A stretch of DNA of 63,547 nucleotides, filler included, from Hyphochytrium catenoides (taxonomy: Eukaryota; Protista; Hyphochytriomycota): NCBI GenBank assembly GCA_900088475.1. It is 9 parts of 9 records of this genome, joined end to end, with 100 filler letters (N's around TTAATTAATTAA, not from the genome) between each part and the next. Parts side by side here need not be neighbours in the genome. Positions count along the whole stretch, not along the records: positions 1 to 30,159 come from FLMG01001750.1; 8 more parts are not named here. The stretch is one strand, 5' to 3'. The translations under genes were made by a program, and so were the position numbers. How positions within the stretch are numbered: the stretch's first letter is position 1; each line of letters opens with the position of its first letter. Below are positions 10,301 through 22,607 of this stretch, one piece after another. The notes below the pieces were generated by a model. That model ran no database searches, was not told the origin of the DNA, and saw nothing but the letters and a program-made list of their open reading frames with translations.

Positions 10301-13141
10301 ATCTTCTATTCTCCACTTATACGCAGCCTATTTGCTCTGCCATGTTCTACTTCCAACGTCTCTTGTTTCTTCAGTTCCTTTGTATGCTTGTCTCTCTTTC
10401 CTGTATTGTTACTTATTCAACTGGCCATCGCTTGTCAGATATACGTGCACAGCAAGGTCATGATTGTGGATGACTCGAAGGTCATTATCGGCTCTGCCAA
10501 CATCAATGATCGCAGCATGAACGGCGACCGGTAAGCAGCACCATGCGCAAGTTTGCCATCCGCTCTCTCTTTCTCTGCATTTTAGAAAAGCAACTGAAGA
10601 TTTGATCTTTTCTGTATAGGACCTTCTAGCGGTACCTATATGTCATCCTCACGTTCGCTAATGTCGGCATGTCGTGATCCTCTTTGTCTCCTAATCTTGC
10701 AGGGACAGTGAGATCGCTCTGCTAATGGAAGATCGGATGTTAGTCGACTCTTTGATGGCGGGCCAACCTGTTAGGGTCGGAAAGCTAGGACAAGAGTTGC
10801 GGATCAAGCTTATGGCGGAGCATTTGGGCCTAGAGTTGGTTAGCAAGTTGACTTTCCAGGATTCGGCTACTCCTCTTCCTCTTTACCTCCTCGTTGACGA
10901 TGCGACTCTTAATAGAATTGCTAATGATTCTTTTGCTAGGTTCCGTCCACAACGGAGAAGCTTGCCGATATCATCGCCACTTCTACCTGGGGCTGGGTTT
11001 CTTCTGTGGCTAAGGTCAATACGATCATCTACGATGATGTCTTCCGCTGTATCCCCGCGGACCACATCCGACAGTTTAAGGACCTTGGAATCTTCAGTCC
11101 CACGCTGGTCAGATGAAATCCCGTGTTTTAATGAGAATGGAGGATAGATAAGAAGATGTCACTCTGATCAATGATAGGAAATGAGCGAAGAGATAGGGAG
11201 ATAATTTTGAACGTGTTCTTCAAGATGATAGCCTTGCAACTGATCTCTCTATCTCCCTCTCTGCCTCTTTGTCTCTCTCTCGCTCTTTCAGATCTACGAA
11301 CACCAACGAATGGCTGTAAATGTCCGAGATGTGTCCCTTTGGGCTGCTGAGAACCTGAAAGATGACGATCCAAAACCTTGGACAGACAGTGCGGGGAAGG
11401 AGATCTCCGGAGACACCATAGACCTCAGTCAATGGAAGGTAAGGGTACGACCTGTCACGACGTGCAAATGCATCCTCCTAAACTCCAAGGAAGAGAATAA
11501 GGGCATTAAAAGAGGTCGGAGGGAAGCATTGGAATCGGTAGAAAGAACGAACAGCTTACGAAGAGCTTGCGCAGAGCTTACATCACTCCCCTCTTTCCCT
11601 ACTTCCACTCATATTCCTGCTCTTCTCTCTCCATAAATGTCCCGATAGGTAGCGCCACCTGATTCCAAAGTCCTCTTCCTTCCGCGAGACAAGGAAGGCT
11701 GGTGCTATGCGCCAGATTTCAAAACATTCTCTCTTGCAGACGTCATGGCATTGAAGGAGCAGTGTGGAGACCTCTCTCGCAAAGAGAGGCTGAAATGGTT
11801 CTTGACTCACCAGCGTTGGTTAGCAGTAGTTAGAAGAAGAGTTTGGATCAAGAAAGGAGAGCTCGAGGGCGAGGAAGGGATGGAGGAGGCCAGAACTTCC
11901 TATGGTATGGTAGATCCTCCACGTCCCATACTATTAGAAGTACAGTGAATGTTCAAAGATGCCCCTGCTCTTTCTGACCGGACCTGTCTGACCTAGCTGG
12001 GAAGCCTTTAGCTCGTCAGGCTTCTCCTTCGCTACCATGTTCTCCATACCATATTTACCGTTAACCTGGTCTTTGCTTGTAGATGTTCTGGGTAGTCCAC
12101 GAGAAAGCTCGGAGGGCTTCATTTTCACGACATCCCCCAACATGACAGGTACGTGGCTATGATCATGAGATCATTCTTGTAGCCAGCAACACCAATGTCC
12201 TCCTTCTGCATTCATTACTGAAGATCTTCTCCCATATACATTCTGACAATAACCACGCTTGCCTCCGCCAGGGCGTGGTGTCGAAGGCAGCTCTTCTGCA
12301 TACACTCTGGGGCCGCAAACAAGCTCCGGGAGCTTCCGCCTCCCAAATGGTACGAACATATCGTTGTTTTTGGGGTCTGGGACACTGCATTGGCTTCCTG
12401 CAAGTAGTAGATGGTCCTGATTTGGCTCTTGTTGTTGTCAGGGCAACTTTACGTGGTTCATGGCCTACAAGCAGACAGAGAAAGAGGGAGACAGATTGAG
12501 AGAGAAAGCGAGCGCTCGGAGTCCGAGGCATCTCTCGCCAGCTCGATTGTAAGTACCTGGAGAAAGTTATACCCGCAGCGAAGCAGTGGTGCAGCAACCG
12601 AGAGCCTTCATCGCAGGGTGAGAGTTATACACATATCCGAATGCTCGTTTCTATCTTGACAGCGCGTTGCATATTGAAGTTCAATGGCTGGCTAATAGCT
12701 GCCCGGGACTTACGCTAATCTTTCTGGCATCTCTGTTCAGTTCCATCGATCCATAAGTGGTACCACCACTATGTCTTCCTTTGTTTTTTTGGCTTAAAGA
12801 GCCTCATTTTCCAACGCCTGTGTGTGATGCTTCTTAGGTCTTTGGCTAGTTGTTTATGCTGAGCACCAATCTCTTCGTTCCTTCAGCCATTTTTGCAGTC
12901 ATCTGCTAGTCGCTATCTGGACGGTGAGTTGGATTCTGACATGGAGCAACACAGACCATCTTCGCCTTCCTCTGTGCTGCGTGAGAGCCTCTTTCCCGCC
13001 GTTCGCAGTGGTAGAGGGGAGGCAGTAGGTGTCGTCTACCGCCTGAGAGGCATTCAAGGGCACCTGGTGCAATTTCCTCTCAATTTTCTTGCAGACGAGA
13101 AGCTTCGTCCCGCTTATCTGCCTAAGAGTCTGCACATGTAG
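1357..13141 (+). CDS. PLD: Transmembrane PX/PH phospholipase D (PXTM-PLD-like), roughly 28-30 exons, with a C-terminal DysF insertion
   Basis: Spliced at GT-AG sites. PX-like exons (2230-2361 VFCGSNSWSIVVTRSGILRLYL; ~3109-3250 SETLLSFLGFSRHRFSDRFGP). PH-like strands GYWLVVRSSSVSLY..HVFLLDGELK and PHGLEVKSRSAALEVDF. Then RFGSYSP and KWLVDGKETF..AQKEILIAGWWLCPDVYLERP. HKD1 WSHHEKIVVIDQQIAFIGG|LDLCFGRYD (~7900-8110); WPGKDYSNP; VPRLPWHDVH; IETAQHYIYI|ENQFF. HKD2 IYVHSKVMIVDDSKVIIGSANINDRSMNGDR|DSE (~10440-10710). C-terminus RLRGIQGHLVQFPLNFLADEKLRP..HM*. The 5' start and the luminal-domain exons are less certain. Confidence 0.95.
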
Positions 13142-14284
13142 CGATGAGAAGGGGCCTGACCTAGGCTATTATTTTATCTATTAGGTGTTTATAAGTGGAG
13201 GAGGAGACGGATTACCATGTGCGGAGACGAGGTCCTTACATGCGCCAGATGGCGGTCGGGGTTGTCGAGGATTCTACGCATTGTACAGCCATTATATATA
13301 CTAGAGAAGCGCATCAACTAAAGTAAAGACGTTTGCTCATTGACATCACGATCCGCCATGTGTTCGATTGATAGCGTCTGACTTGGATTAGCCTCTGGAT
13401 AAGATGATAAGGCTCGTCCATCGGCCCGCGATTCTGCTTGTGGACCCCGCTTTCGAGCTGCAGCGGCGACCGGGATGGAAAGCGCCCTGGCGAGATCATC
13501 AATCATCAAAGACCCTGGACCGTGACTCCGTCGAGGACCGGACGGACGGACGATTGGGCTAAAAGAAACCCGGCCGTTAGCGGAATCAGGGCCACACAGT
13601 TTGATGTCCGCTGTAGTTCCTACTCTATCTCCGTTACTCTAGTCCCTAACAGATTAGGGATAAATATAGCGGCTAACCACAATGATGAGAAGTGGGCTCA
13701 TGGCAACCGCTAACGGCAATTGTGGCGCAAGGCGATGTGAGAAGTACTCGAGAAGCCGGAAGCTGGTGACTCGGGAACCCAGAACGCGGTCAAATGCAGA
13801 TTATCATCGCAGATCTGCGGAAAGAGAGACTGCCTCTGGGGGAGGAATAGCACAGGGCTCTGGCTGCTACCACGTAGAAGTGTAATGGTTGTTATTGACT
13901 AGCTGCAGAACACCCAGCCTGTGGGCCAGAGCGCACAGCTTTGCAGGCGCGTGTAGGTTTCTTTCTTGGGGTCCATCTACAGTCGAAGGGGACTTATCCC
14001 AAGCGTCGTGCTAGGCGGGGCGATTGAAGACAAAACTTAGTCCTACGCGGAAGTCTAGGTATTGGACTCTAGCCGATGGACTAGCTCTACTTCCCTAAGT
14101 ACCAAAATTGCCCTTACGGGGCAGATGGGCTCCAACTGGACGGCAATAGCAATGCAAGGTTGTCGGTAAGATGGCACAATTTAGATCTCCGCCACGCAGC
14201 GAAAGTATGTGTTCGCTACGATAGTCGCGTAGGCAAGGGACGAGCAGCTGGAGCGCTGCCGCCTGCAGTAAGGGAAGGACAACG

Positions 14285-17200
14285 ATGGCCTATTCTGCAA
14301 GTTTTATAGGATGGGAGAAGGCAGAGCCGATCCTGCTTCTGGAGCCACCGGAGGACGAAGAAGGAAAAAGCGCTCACTTGGCACCGGAACCGGAAGAGTT
14401 AGTTCGAAGCTGGGCTGAGCGGTAAGGAGTCGCTTTGGTCTCCATCCGGGAGGAATCTCGGTTCCTCTCATTGGTCGCTCCCTCTTTTCTTTACTGATCG
14501 CTGTCTTTCTCTTGTCTTTTCTCTTTCTGCACCTGCACCGACTCGCGTTGCTTTACATCTTGGCCAATCTCCTTTCCTGGGGAAGTCTATTGACTATTTA
14601 CTTATCATCGAGTAAGGGCGGGGTCCCTCGATATAGATCACCTCCGCTCCTTCCGTTGTCTGTTTCTCTCAATCCAGACCTCTCTTTCTCAAGACAGTTA
14701 GTTAGCCATACGCAACCATTCTTACGCTCCAATCCTCTGTATCACTCTATCCCCTGTCATCATGCCTCTTTCTTGGCCAGACCCGCCTTTGTTTGGTCAG
14801 AGCAAGAGCTTGTGTCGAACCTTCCAGCTCTCCGACAGCCAAATGTCCCAGCAGAGGTTCCTCCTGTTCTTTTAGACGATACGAGCTTAGTGCGCGAAAA
14901 TGTCTTCACGATGGCGAGGCTCAGAGATATGAAGCGCAGACTTAAGGTTGACAAAGACACGCTAGGGAGGAAGAGAGGCGGAGACAAGAAGACAGGAATA
15001 GTAGGAGATAAGGATAAGAAGGTTAAGCAAGGGACTGTTAGCTTGGAACCTGGTGAAAATGTCGAGAGCTGGAGCGATCAAGACTTTCAAAACATCCCTT
15101 TGGCAGCTCTTCAAGGGTCTCTTGCTCAGGAAAAGAAGGCGAAGAAGGATAAAGGAGGGACCCGAGGGCTAAAAAAGGAGAAAGACAAGGCAACAAATGG
15201 GAGATCGAAGAAGTTGAAGCAGAAGAGTGAGGTGGGAGGAATTGGAGGAGCGGAGCACGACTACGTAAGCGCTTCGAAAGCAGGTGAATGGACCTTTCTG
15301 CCACTCAAAGAAGCCGCTAAGTGTTGGTTGATCTGCCGTGCACTTCTTCTCTTCTCATAATGCTCGTCTACTCCTAGTCTTCCCTCTCTCCTTTTAACTG
15401 GTCTCCTTCTATCCTCAGTGGAACCCATGGACCCGATGGTTTGCTACACGCTTGATATTCCTGAGCGCTACCTTCCCTCGGCTAGCACTATGACTTCTTC
15501 ACAGGCGGCTATGGTAGGCTTTGAGCTGCATTAACGCTAAAGTCTGTCTCTGCGATGTAGCTTCTGTTGCCGAGGGCCGGGGGTGGTGGGTGAGAGGAGG
15601 GGAGGGGAGAAGACTGCTTTCTAGTCTGCCCTGCATTCGCTGTCGTTCAGTACTGCACTTGTGCCTGTGCCTGTTATGAACAATTCTCTATATAAGCCGG
15701 CAAAGCTGTTTCTCGCGGGTCTCTGGAAGCATAGCTCTAGCAATCTGGTCAACCTTCAAAAGGGCATCTCCTTCATCTGCGACCTTATACGTCTTGGGGC
15801 GTCCATTGTGGGTTGGAGAGGGGAGCACTAACCTGTCCCGTTTTAGTTAATGCAGGAAGTCGTTTCTTTGATCCAGATCCATGCAGGCTACGACTCGCTC
15901 TCGTCTCTCACCACCAGTGTCCTTACTGACATTACGATAGAGTTTCTCAGGAGAATGGGACAACACCTCGCAAAAGAGTCCGAGGCTGCATCAATGGCTG
16001 CTACGTCTCTTCTCATCAAAAAAAGGAGGAAGTTGGAGACCCCCCAAGGTCCCCTCTCATCTTCCTCTCTAAGGAACCAGGGACGTTTTGTCTCCACCTC
16101 TGAGAGGCAAATGGGCCTGCGCGAGGTTTATCAACTACCTCTGACGGGCCCAACAATATTAAGACGTGAGTCAGGTAAAACACGGGAGATCACGCCATTA
16201 GAAGTGCTCCCTACCTCTGTTGCTCCCAGGTCTTATCTCGTTGGCATGAACTATGTATCTCCGCTCCATCTAGAGTTATGCCAACGTTTACCTTGCAAAA
16301 TGACCTTACACTTTACTTACACTCACTTCTACCACTCCCTTCAGTTGACAGCACAGCAGGAGAGGCAAAGTTTGGAGTGCCACCGAGCTCAGGGGTGACC
16401 AAAGATGATGCGGATGAGGAAAAAGAGGTGGTGAAGAAGGAGCCGCTCCAAGAAAATCAACAAAAGGAACGCAATGGCGCGGTAGCAAAAACCGGAGAAG
16501 ACGGAATCGAGTCCGGACGCAGCCAGCCCTCGCCAAAGAAAGCCCAGGCTGTGCCCATTTCCCATCCTCCAGTAGGAGGCAAGAAACATGCCACAAAGAA
16601 AGTATCTACCCCTAAGGTGTCGGAGCAGGTGGGAACGGACCATAGTATACTACGATCGCTGGTTCCTCCGCTTGTGGTTCCTTCCTGGACGCTTTCCTTC
16701 GCTATAATCGTCTACATCCTTGGCCCGCGTGACTGCCGTGCTTATTTACCTGCTCTATATTGCCGTCCGCTTACTATTGTTCCCTTCCAGTCAAGGGAAG
16801 AAGCTTCGAGAGAGGCTGTGGTGGCCTACAAGTCTCTCCTGCAATTTGGCTGCTCTTTGAAGTCGTTGGAGCAGTTCCTTATCCGGATTATCAAGTTTGG
16901 TGATGGTCTGCGCATTATAGATAGGAAAATGCTGAAGAAGGGCAATAAACTCAAGGTATGGGCTTCCTGTGGCCAACCGGTAAACGAAGAGAGAGTGTAG
17001 GCCAGTGGAGATGGACGGAGAAGGGCTGCATTGCGTGCAAGGTTTTGGGTCATCAGGTGGAGCGAATGTAGACCTAAGATACCTAGTGTGCAATCTAGCA
17101 TTACAAAGAGGAGGGCTATGTGAATTGCTGACTACTATCCCCTGTAGAAGCCTTCCGCAACGGAGGGAAAGCAACGAAAAGCCCGCGATGGTGAAGACTC

Positions 17201-18341
17201 AGCTATTACTCCAGACATGATCCATGCGCTACTGGAAGCGCAGCTTGGGTCCTCTCTTCTTGAGACAAAGAAAAAAGCCAGCCTCGTCTCCCCATCTCCC
17301 CTGCTTCTGAGCCCGGCGGCGTCAGCGACCCCTGCCCCCGCACCATCAATACCGCAGAGTAAGTTGGCAGCTAAGGAGACGAAGGGCACGGAAGCCCGCG
17401 GCAAGAGTCCAGGAGCAGTCTCTGCTTCGTTGGGCCAGGCAAAGTCAGGTAACACCCAAGGTGCTATGACTGCCAAGTATCGCATGGATGTGTCTAGCTT
17501 GTGCTTCGGTCTCTTCGTCTGATATCTCCCCTCTCTATTGCCATAATCTTATCGCCTTCTCTTGTTTCCTGTGTCTTTCACCGATCCAGGCATGTTCCTC
17601 TTTGTCCTGCATGTGCACGTTCTGCCCAACTACTATAAGCTTCGTCCCTACTGTCCTTTGCTTTTTTCTTCACTTCTCTTACTTTCATCCTGTGGCATCG
17701 GCCGGGTTCGGTTCTATTAGCAGAAGCTTCTGACCCAAATCTCTTCGACATTCACTTTTCTGTTGACAGCTGGAAAGGGAAAAAAGCCTCTAGCAAGTCC
17801 AGGGAAAGGTGCCAAATCTGGGCAAAAAGGAGCTGCAGCTTCAGCTCCCCCATCCACTGCGGAGCCTGTCTCCATGGCTTCTGCCACTAAAGAACTCTAT
17901 TCGTGGCCACCCAAATTTGATGGTGAGAATACTTCCTAGCGCTTCGGATCTCCAAAAGTTGCCTCTGTCGCTCATCGTCTTCGTCATCTCAGATTGCCTT
18001 GTATACTAGATACGCATCGTCACTCTTTTGTCCTCTTGGCTCGATACATCCGCAGTTTCTAGCGCTGTGCTGCTATCTCAACTCCTTCCTCAACCTCTGC
18101 CTCTGATCATTGTCCGCTACTGACGGTTACCGATCTCACTGGTTTATATCTCTACCTGTGTGTAGACTCTCCCACCAAGGTGCTGGCTGCCGTGGCTGAC
18201 GAGGTTGTCCCTCCACCGGAAGGAGAGATAGATCTGATGAGCTTGGATTCAATCTTCGAGGCTGGCTTTGTACTTCCCCTAGACGGAGAGATGCTTCCAC
18301 TAGACGCGAGCTACGACTTGCAGGCTTTAGAGCAGCAGTAG
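14285..18341 (+). CDS. Spt7/SUPT7L-like (Bromo_TP histone-fold) SAGA/TFIID-type subunit, multi-exon
   Basis: Exon chain from MAYSASFIGWEKAEP (14285). Histone-fold N-half LMQEVVSLIQIHAGYDSLSSLTTSVLTDITIEFLRRMGQHL (15847-15970) resembles the SUPT7L/TAF8 'ILAHAGF..LETLTD..EY' pattern. C-half AYKSLLQFGCSLKSLEQFLIRIIKFGDGLRIIDRKM (~16825-16930). Last exon ends ..LQALEQQ* at TAG 18339-18341. Confidence 0.6.
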
Positions 18342-18882
18342 TGTCAGAAAAAGTTGGGGACAAGCCTCACACCAAAGCAGATTTCTCTCTTTTCGTTCGC
18401 AATGGAGACTGGGAACCTTTGCGGGTTGTATTATTTATGCGGGAGAATGTTCGGCACCAGAGCCAACACCTGCCAAACAGTGTACACTGTGTCCTCTCTC
18501 TCCTGGTCCGATTTCCTCGGAGCGCCTATATTGCTCAATGGGGTCTTCTTTCTTCTTTCCTCTCACAAATAAATGTATACTCTTCCCAGCACGTGCTGAG
18601 GAAAAGGACGATACATATAAAAGAAAGTGGAAATACTACGTTATAAGCCTCCTGCATGTTAGGCATTTCAAACGTTCATCCACCTGATGGTGTGCAGAAC
18701 TACTGGAAAGGACGAGTGTACAAAGTAGAGAAATGAACTAGACTAAGACGCAGAAAAGGTTTGAATGTTTGCCTTTCCTAAAAGGAAATTCCTATGAAAG
18801 TCGGAGGCTTCAGGAAGAAGGTTGATAATGATTCATTAACTTAAGATGTGTGTGAGAGAAGGAGAACGCATGGGAGCGTGAG

Positions 18883-21488
18883 CTATCTGTAGCTTCTGAC
18901 TCTCTCAAGCTCCTCACAAGCTGGCATTCTGAACGAGAACACTTTTTCCATTTCTCTGTCTTGCTCCTCTTTCGTCTTCTGGTTCCTGGCAATGTAGATG
19001 AGTCGTCTCCTCTCTTGGTTCTGGAAGTTACACTGGTGAGCGAGCTGATGGTCGTAGTGCTGATGAACCCGTTCTTCCACCTGAAATAGGATCGGATAGG
19101 GTAAGCACAAACGAGATGATAACCCTGTTGATGCTTATAGCAAGAGCACTATACATACACCGGAAGCGAGGTCAACATACACGAGTAGGAATGCTAGAGA
19201 GAGTGACCAAATGGGACTGATCACATAAGGGCAGAAAGGAGCAGAAAGGAGAGCAACAAGCGTTCGGTAGGAAACGGGAGAGAGAGACAGGTCTCGGAAA
19301 GAGAGGCGTCAGGTGCTATCTTACAGCTCTAATTTTGCTTCTGCTGTGTCCATAATGGCGTTGGAAGTCTTCTTTGACGTAGTAGGGGATATCTGGAGCA
19401 ACATAAGGCCAGTGATGTGTGTGCCGCTCGACGCGGTAAGCTTGATTCTTGCTAAGACTAATGGACAGCGTGAGACATGGTGTTTCGAAAGAAGAAGAAG
19501 AACGCGGGAATAGGTGCGGACAGTCATCTGTGTGGTGAGGATGCCTAAAGAGAGGAGATGGAGAGTAGAAGAGAGAAAGGTGATAACTGGGGCCAACCTG
19601 AACGGTAACTCCTCCTTCCCCTGATTTGCGAAAAAGAAGAGGATGATGATAAGGAGAGGGAGGAGGTTCAGTAGAGAGCCGAGCGTTCTCATCCCATCGT
19701 CCTCCTCCTGTTGTTGCTGCTGCTGGTAAGGATGTCGTCGATGGTGATAGGCTCGATGCTGGCGGAAGCCCGCATTGCCCATTCCTACTCATAACAAGAG
19801 CGCCTTTTGTGAGCACAAAAGGACCATAAAGGGCAGAGAGCTATTACTCTGGAAGGGGCCGACACATGCTGGATGGGAGGAGAAGGACCGTCATTGGTCC
19901 TGAAGATGGTGGAGTCGATAGGTGGAGGGTTGACTCCAACGGACAGTGAGAAAACGAGGGAAGACAGGGAACTTCGAAACGAAAAGTAATCCCTCTACTG
20001 CATACCGAAAAACATGTTGAAGATCTCCTCTGGGGTCATTTCCTGCGGATGCCCACGGAAGCCATGGCCCCTAGCCTGTGGGACTGGTGCCTCATCGTTC
20101 CCAAAGCGGTCAAAGTGCGCCCGCTTTTCAGAGTCGCTTAGTACCGCGAATGCCTTGCCCACCGCTAACAAATAAACCAAATGTCAGGGCTTTACAGGAT
20201 CAGACATAGAAGAGATCACCGGTCCACAAGTCCAGCGAGTTCACTAGGAGGGGAGGAAGGTAACAGAAGCCATATCTAGGCCTAAAAAACGAAGGACATG
20301 CCTCTAGACGCAGAGAGAGCATAAGCTATCATCTGGGCGTCTTTAAACAGCCAGGGATGTTCATAAGCAGGAGACGAGGGTATACGAGAGATGAGGGAAC
20401 CAAAGGGTACGTGAGACTCGGTAGGCTGGGCATAGTTCTGCGCACCTTTGAAAGCATTCTCTGCTCCAGGTGCGGAGTTCTTATCTGGATGGACCTTCAA
20501 GGCAAGCTGAGGAAGTGTTATCAGACATGCTGCTGCCATTCATTTCGCGTCTAAGGGCCGCTTCTATTGCTGTTATCTCCTGCTCTTCACCATCAGATCC
20601 TTCGCCTCTCAAGAAATAGTCTATCACACCTTTTTGTATGCCCGTTTGATCTCATTGTCATCAGCTCCGCGCTCCACTCCGAGCACTTTATAGTGGTCGT
20701 GCCCAGCGGCAGTCACTCTGCGAACTATTTCAAGCTGCGGGAGACATGGACACAAGTGTAAGTGTAGAAGGAAAGAGAAGCGACTTGCTCCCTTATGCAG
20801 AGTATCTCCACCGATTTAGACTATAAGGACTCACGGCAACAGCCACGACCAATGAACAGCAGCTGCGCTGGGTTCGGACGGTAGAGCCCTGGAATGTTTA
20901 CCGCCCTCACCAGGACCAGGAGCGGGCTATCGCTCTTTCCCACTCCACAGGGAATAGCTCATTCTCTCTTCTGCCCCACCCATGTCTCCAATAAAACCCA
21001 TGCCAATGGTGACAGCCGCTGCTGCAATCTGACTGAGGCCTTACCTGTACTGATGTGTAGGCCCGAGCATCCGAACCAGAATCGTCAGCCGCCTGACTGC
21101 GCGATGCGGCGTGACGGCGGTGAGCTGTCAATCAGTCGAGAGCAGAGGATCGATTAGCTACATTCCCCTGCTCAGGGATCTCGATGGCAGAGCGTAAAGG
21201 TTTGACCTCCTGTCGTCTCGCTAGTGCGGCTATGTTGTGAGGTTTCACTATCCTCCGCTCTTGCCATCTCCGTCAACACACGCTCCTTTAAACGCTCAAC
21301 GCCGGGTAACGGATACAATTTCAGGGATTTGTCAAAGAATCTGTTGTTGGGATTGGGAAGATGTTAGAAAGCTTAGAGAAGTGAAGGTCCACGAGTTCCC
21401 ACCTGAGTGCTTTCTCATAGTTTCCTCTTCGTAAAGCCTCGACCGCAATCGTTTTGCATTTCTCCGCTTCATCCTTATTCATCTCCAT
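18883..21488 (-). CDS. DNAJB12: DNAJB12/DNAJB14-like ER membrane J-domain co-chaperone
   Basis: N-terminus MEMNKDEAEKCKTIAVEALRRGNYEKALR|FFDKSLKLYP. J domain DHYKVLGVERGADDNEIKRAYKK|LALKVHPDKNSAPGAENAFK|AVGKAFAVLSDSEKRAHFDRFG with HPD. Then MTPEEIFNMFFG, TM LLNLLPLLIIILFFF and a DUF1977-like tail (IPYYVKEDF..VEERV..QC..MPACEELER). Confidence 0.92.
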
Positions 21489-22607
21489 ACTTCCTGAGTT
21501 CAGTCTACTGTGCAGGCGCTATAGATCATGCAGCACCCAGCCGCGATGCCCGCCAGGTGCCTTTCAGCAGGCCGAGACCCACGGAAATCGTTATATACAA
21601 GAAAATGTGTGACACCTCAGGCGCTGACGGGGCAAGGTGCGCGGATGGGCAATAGTAAATATCCCTTGTCAGCGGACAGGATTAGTGCAAAGCTGTCTCA
21701 ATGTCAGTAGGTGCAGCATCGACTCTGCGCATCCATTCTCTATCGCTGGACTAAAGGAACCTTCTAGCCTACGCAAGCCAATGTATGAGCTGGAGCGACA
21801 TCGATGATGCGGCTGCTGCTGGTGCCTCCTTAAGCTGTTCATGAAGCTCCGCTCTTCAAAAGTAGGAAGCAAGGTAGGTTATTGTGGACGGAGAGAGAGA
21901 GAAGACAGAGCTTTTATTGTTGAGATTTCTGTAAGTCAAGTCAAGTCCAAATCGATGCAGCGTGGGGACTTGTACTCTTTTAAAAAAATGTGGTACAGTG
22001 TAGAGCCGATAATTGTTTTGGAGTTTTCCGTAGGTCTCGTGTGTGGTGAGTAGTACTTATTATCACATGAGAATTATACTTACAAAGTAGTCAGATCAGC
22101 AATGCTCTAAGAGGCATAAACAGTAACCGTATAATATCCTTTATTGATTATCGCTTATCCAGTGTTCTGACACTGGCGGGAGAGATGAAGTTTTCAAACG
22201 GGCAGATCATCAGTAAGAAAAGCTCTGGCACTGGGCTGGGCACGCGATGATCTGCATCGGCGACAAGCTTCAGCTGTACCATTCTTGAAGGATGCGTCCT
22301 CATCATATGTGAGCTGCTGCCTCTGGAGCTACTTCCTCTATTGGGATCTCGACCGTGCGGTCTCCCGTTGATGGCCAAGGGACAGGACTCCTTTCGCGCA
22401 AGCTAAAGGGCTGTTGCAGTGCCACCTTTCTTAGATCGGCACCTACCAAGTGTCATCTAGGGCCCCAAGACTGCTAAGTGTATGGCGGCAATGTTCTCAC
22501 AAGCTATCACATATTGTCGTGAAGAGCGCTCATGAGCCTAGCACTCTCGGTCTTTGCGACATTAACTATGGCAGGAGGATGAGTCAATAACCGAACTCCC
22601 CGTCGCA

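Noticed and set aside
11700-11760. Apparent frameshift in the DysF exon of the PLD
   Set aside because: Recounting TTC AAA ACA TTC shows one continuous frame (..YAPDFKTFSLADVMALK..).
13318-13720. Small minus-strand gene or C/D snoRNA between PLD and the Spt7-like gene
   Set aside because: An acceptor-like site and a short ORF exist, but no frame-compatible upstream exon was found. ATGATGA at 13682 has no suitably placed CTGA D box.
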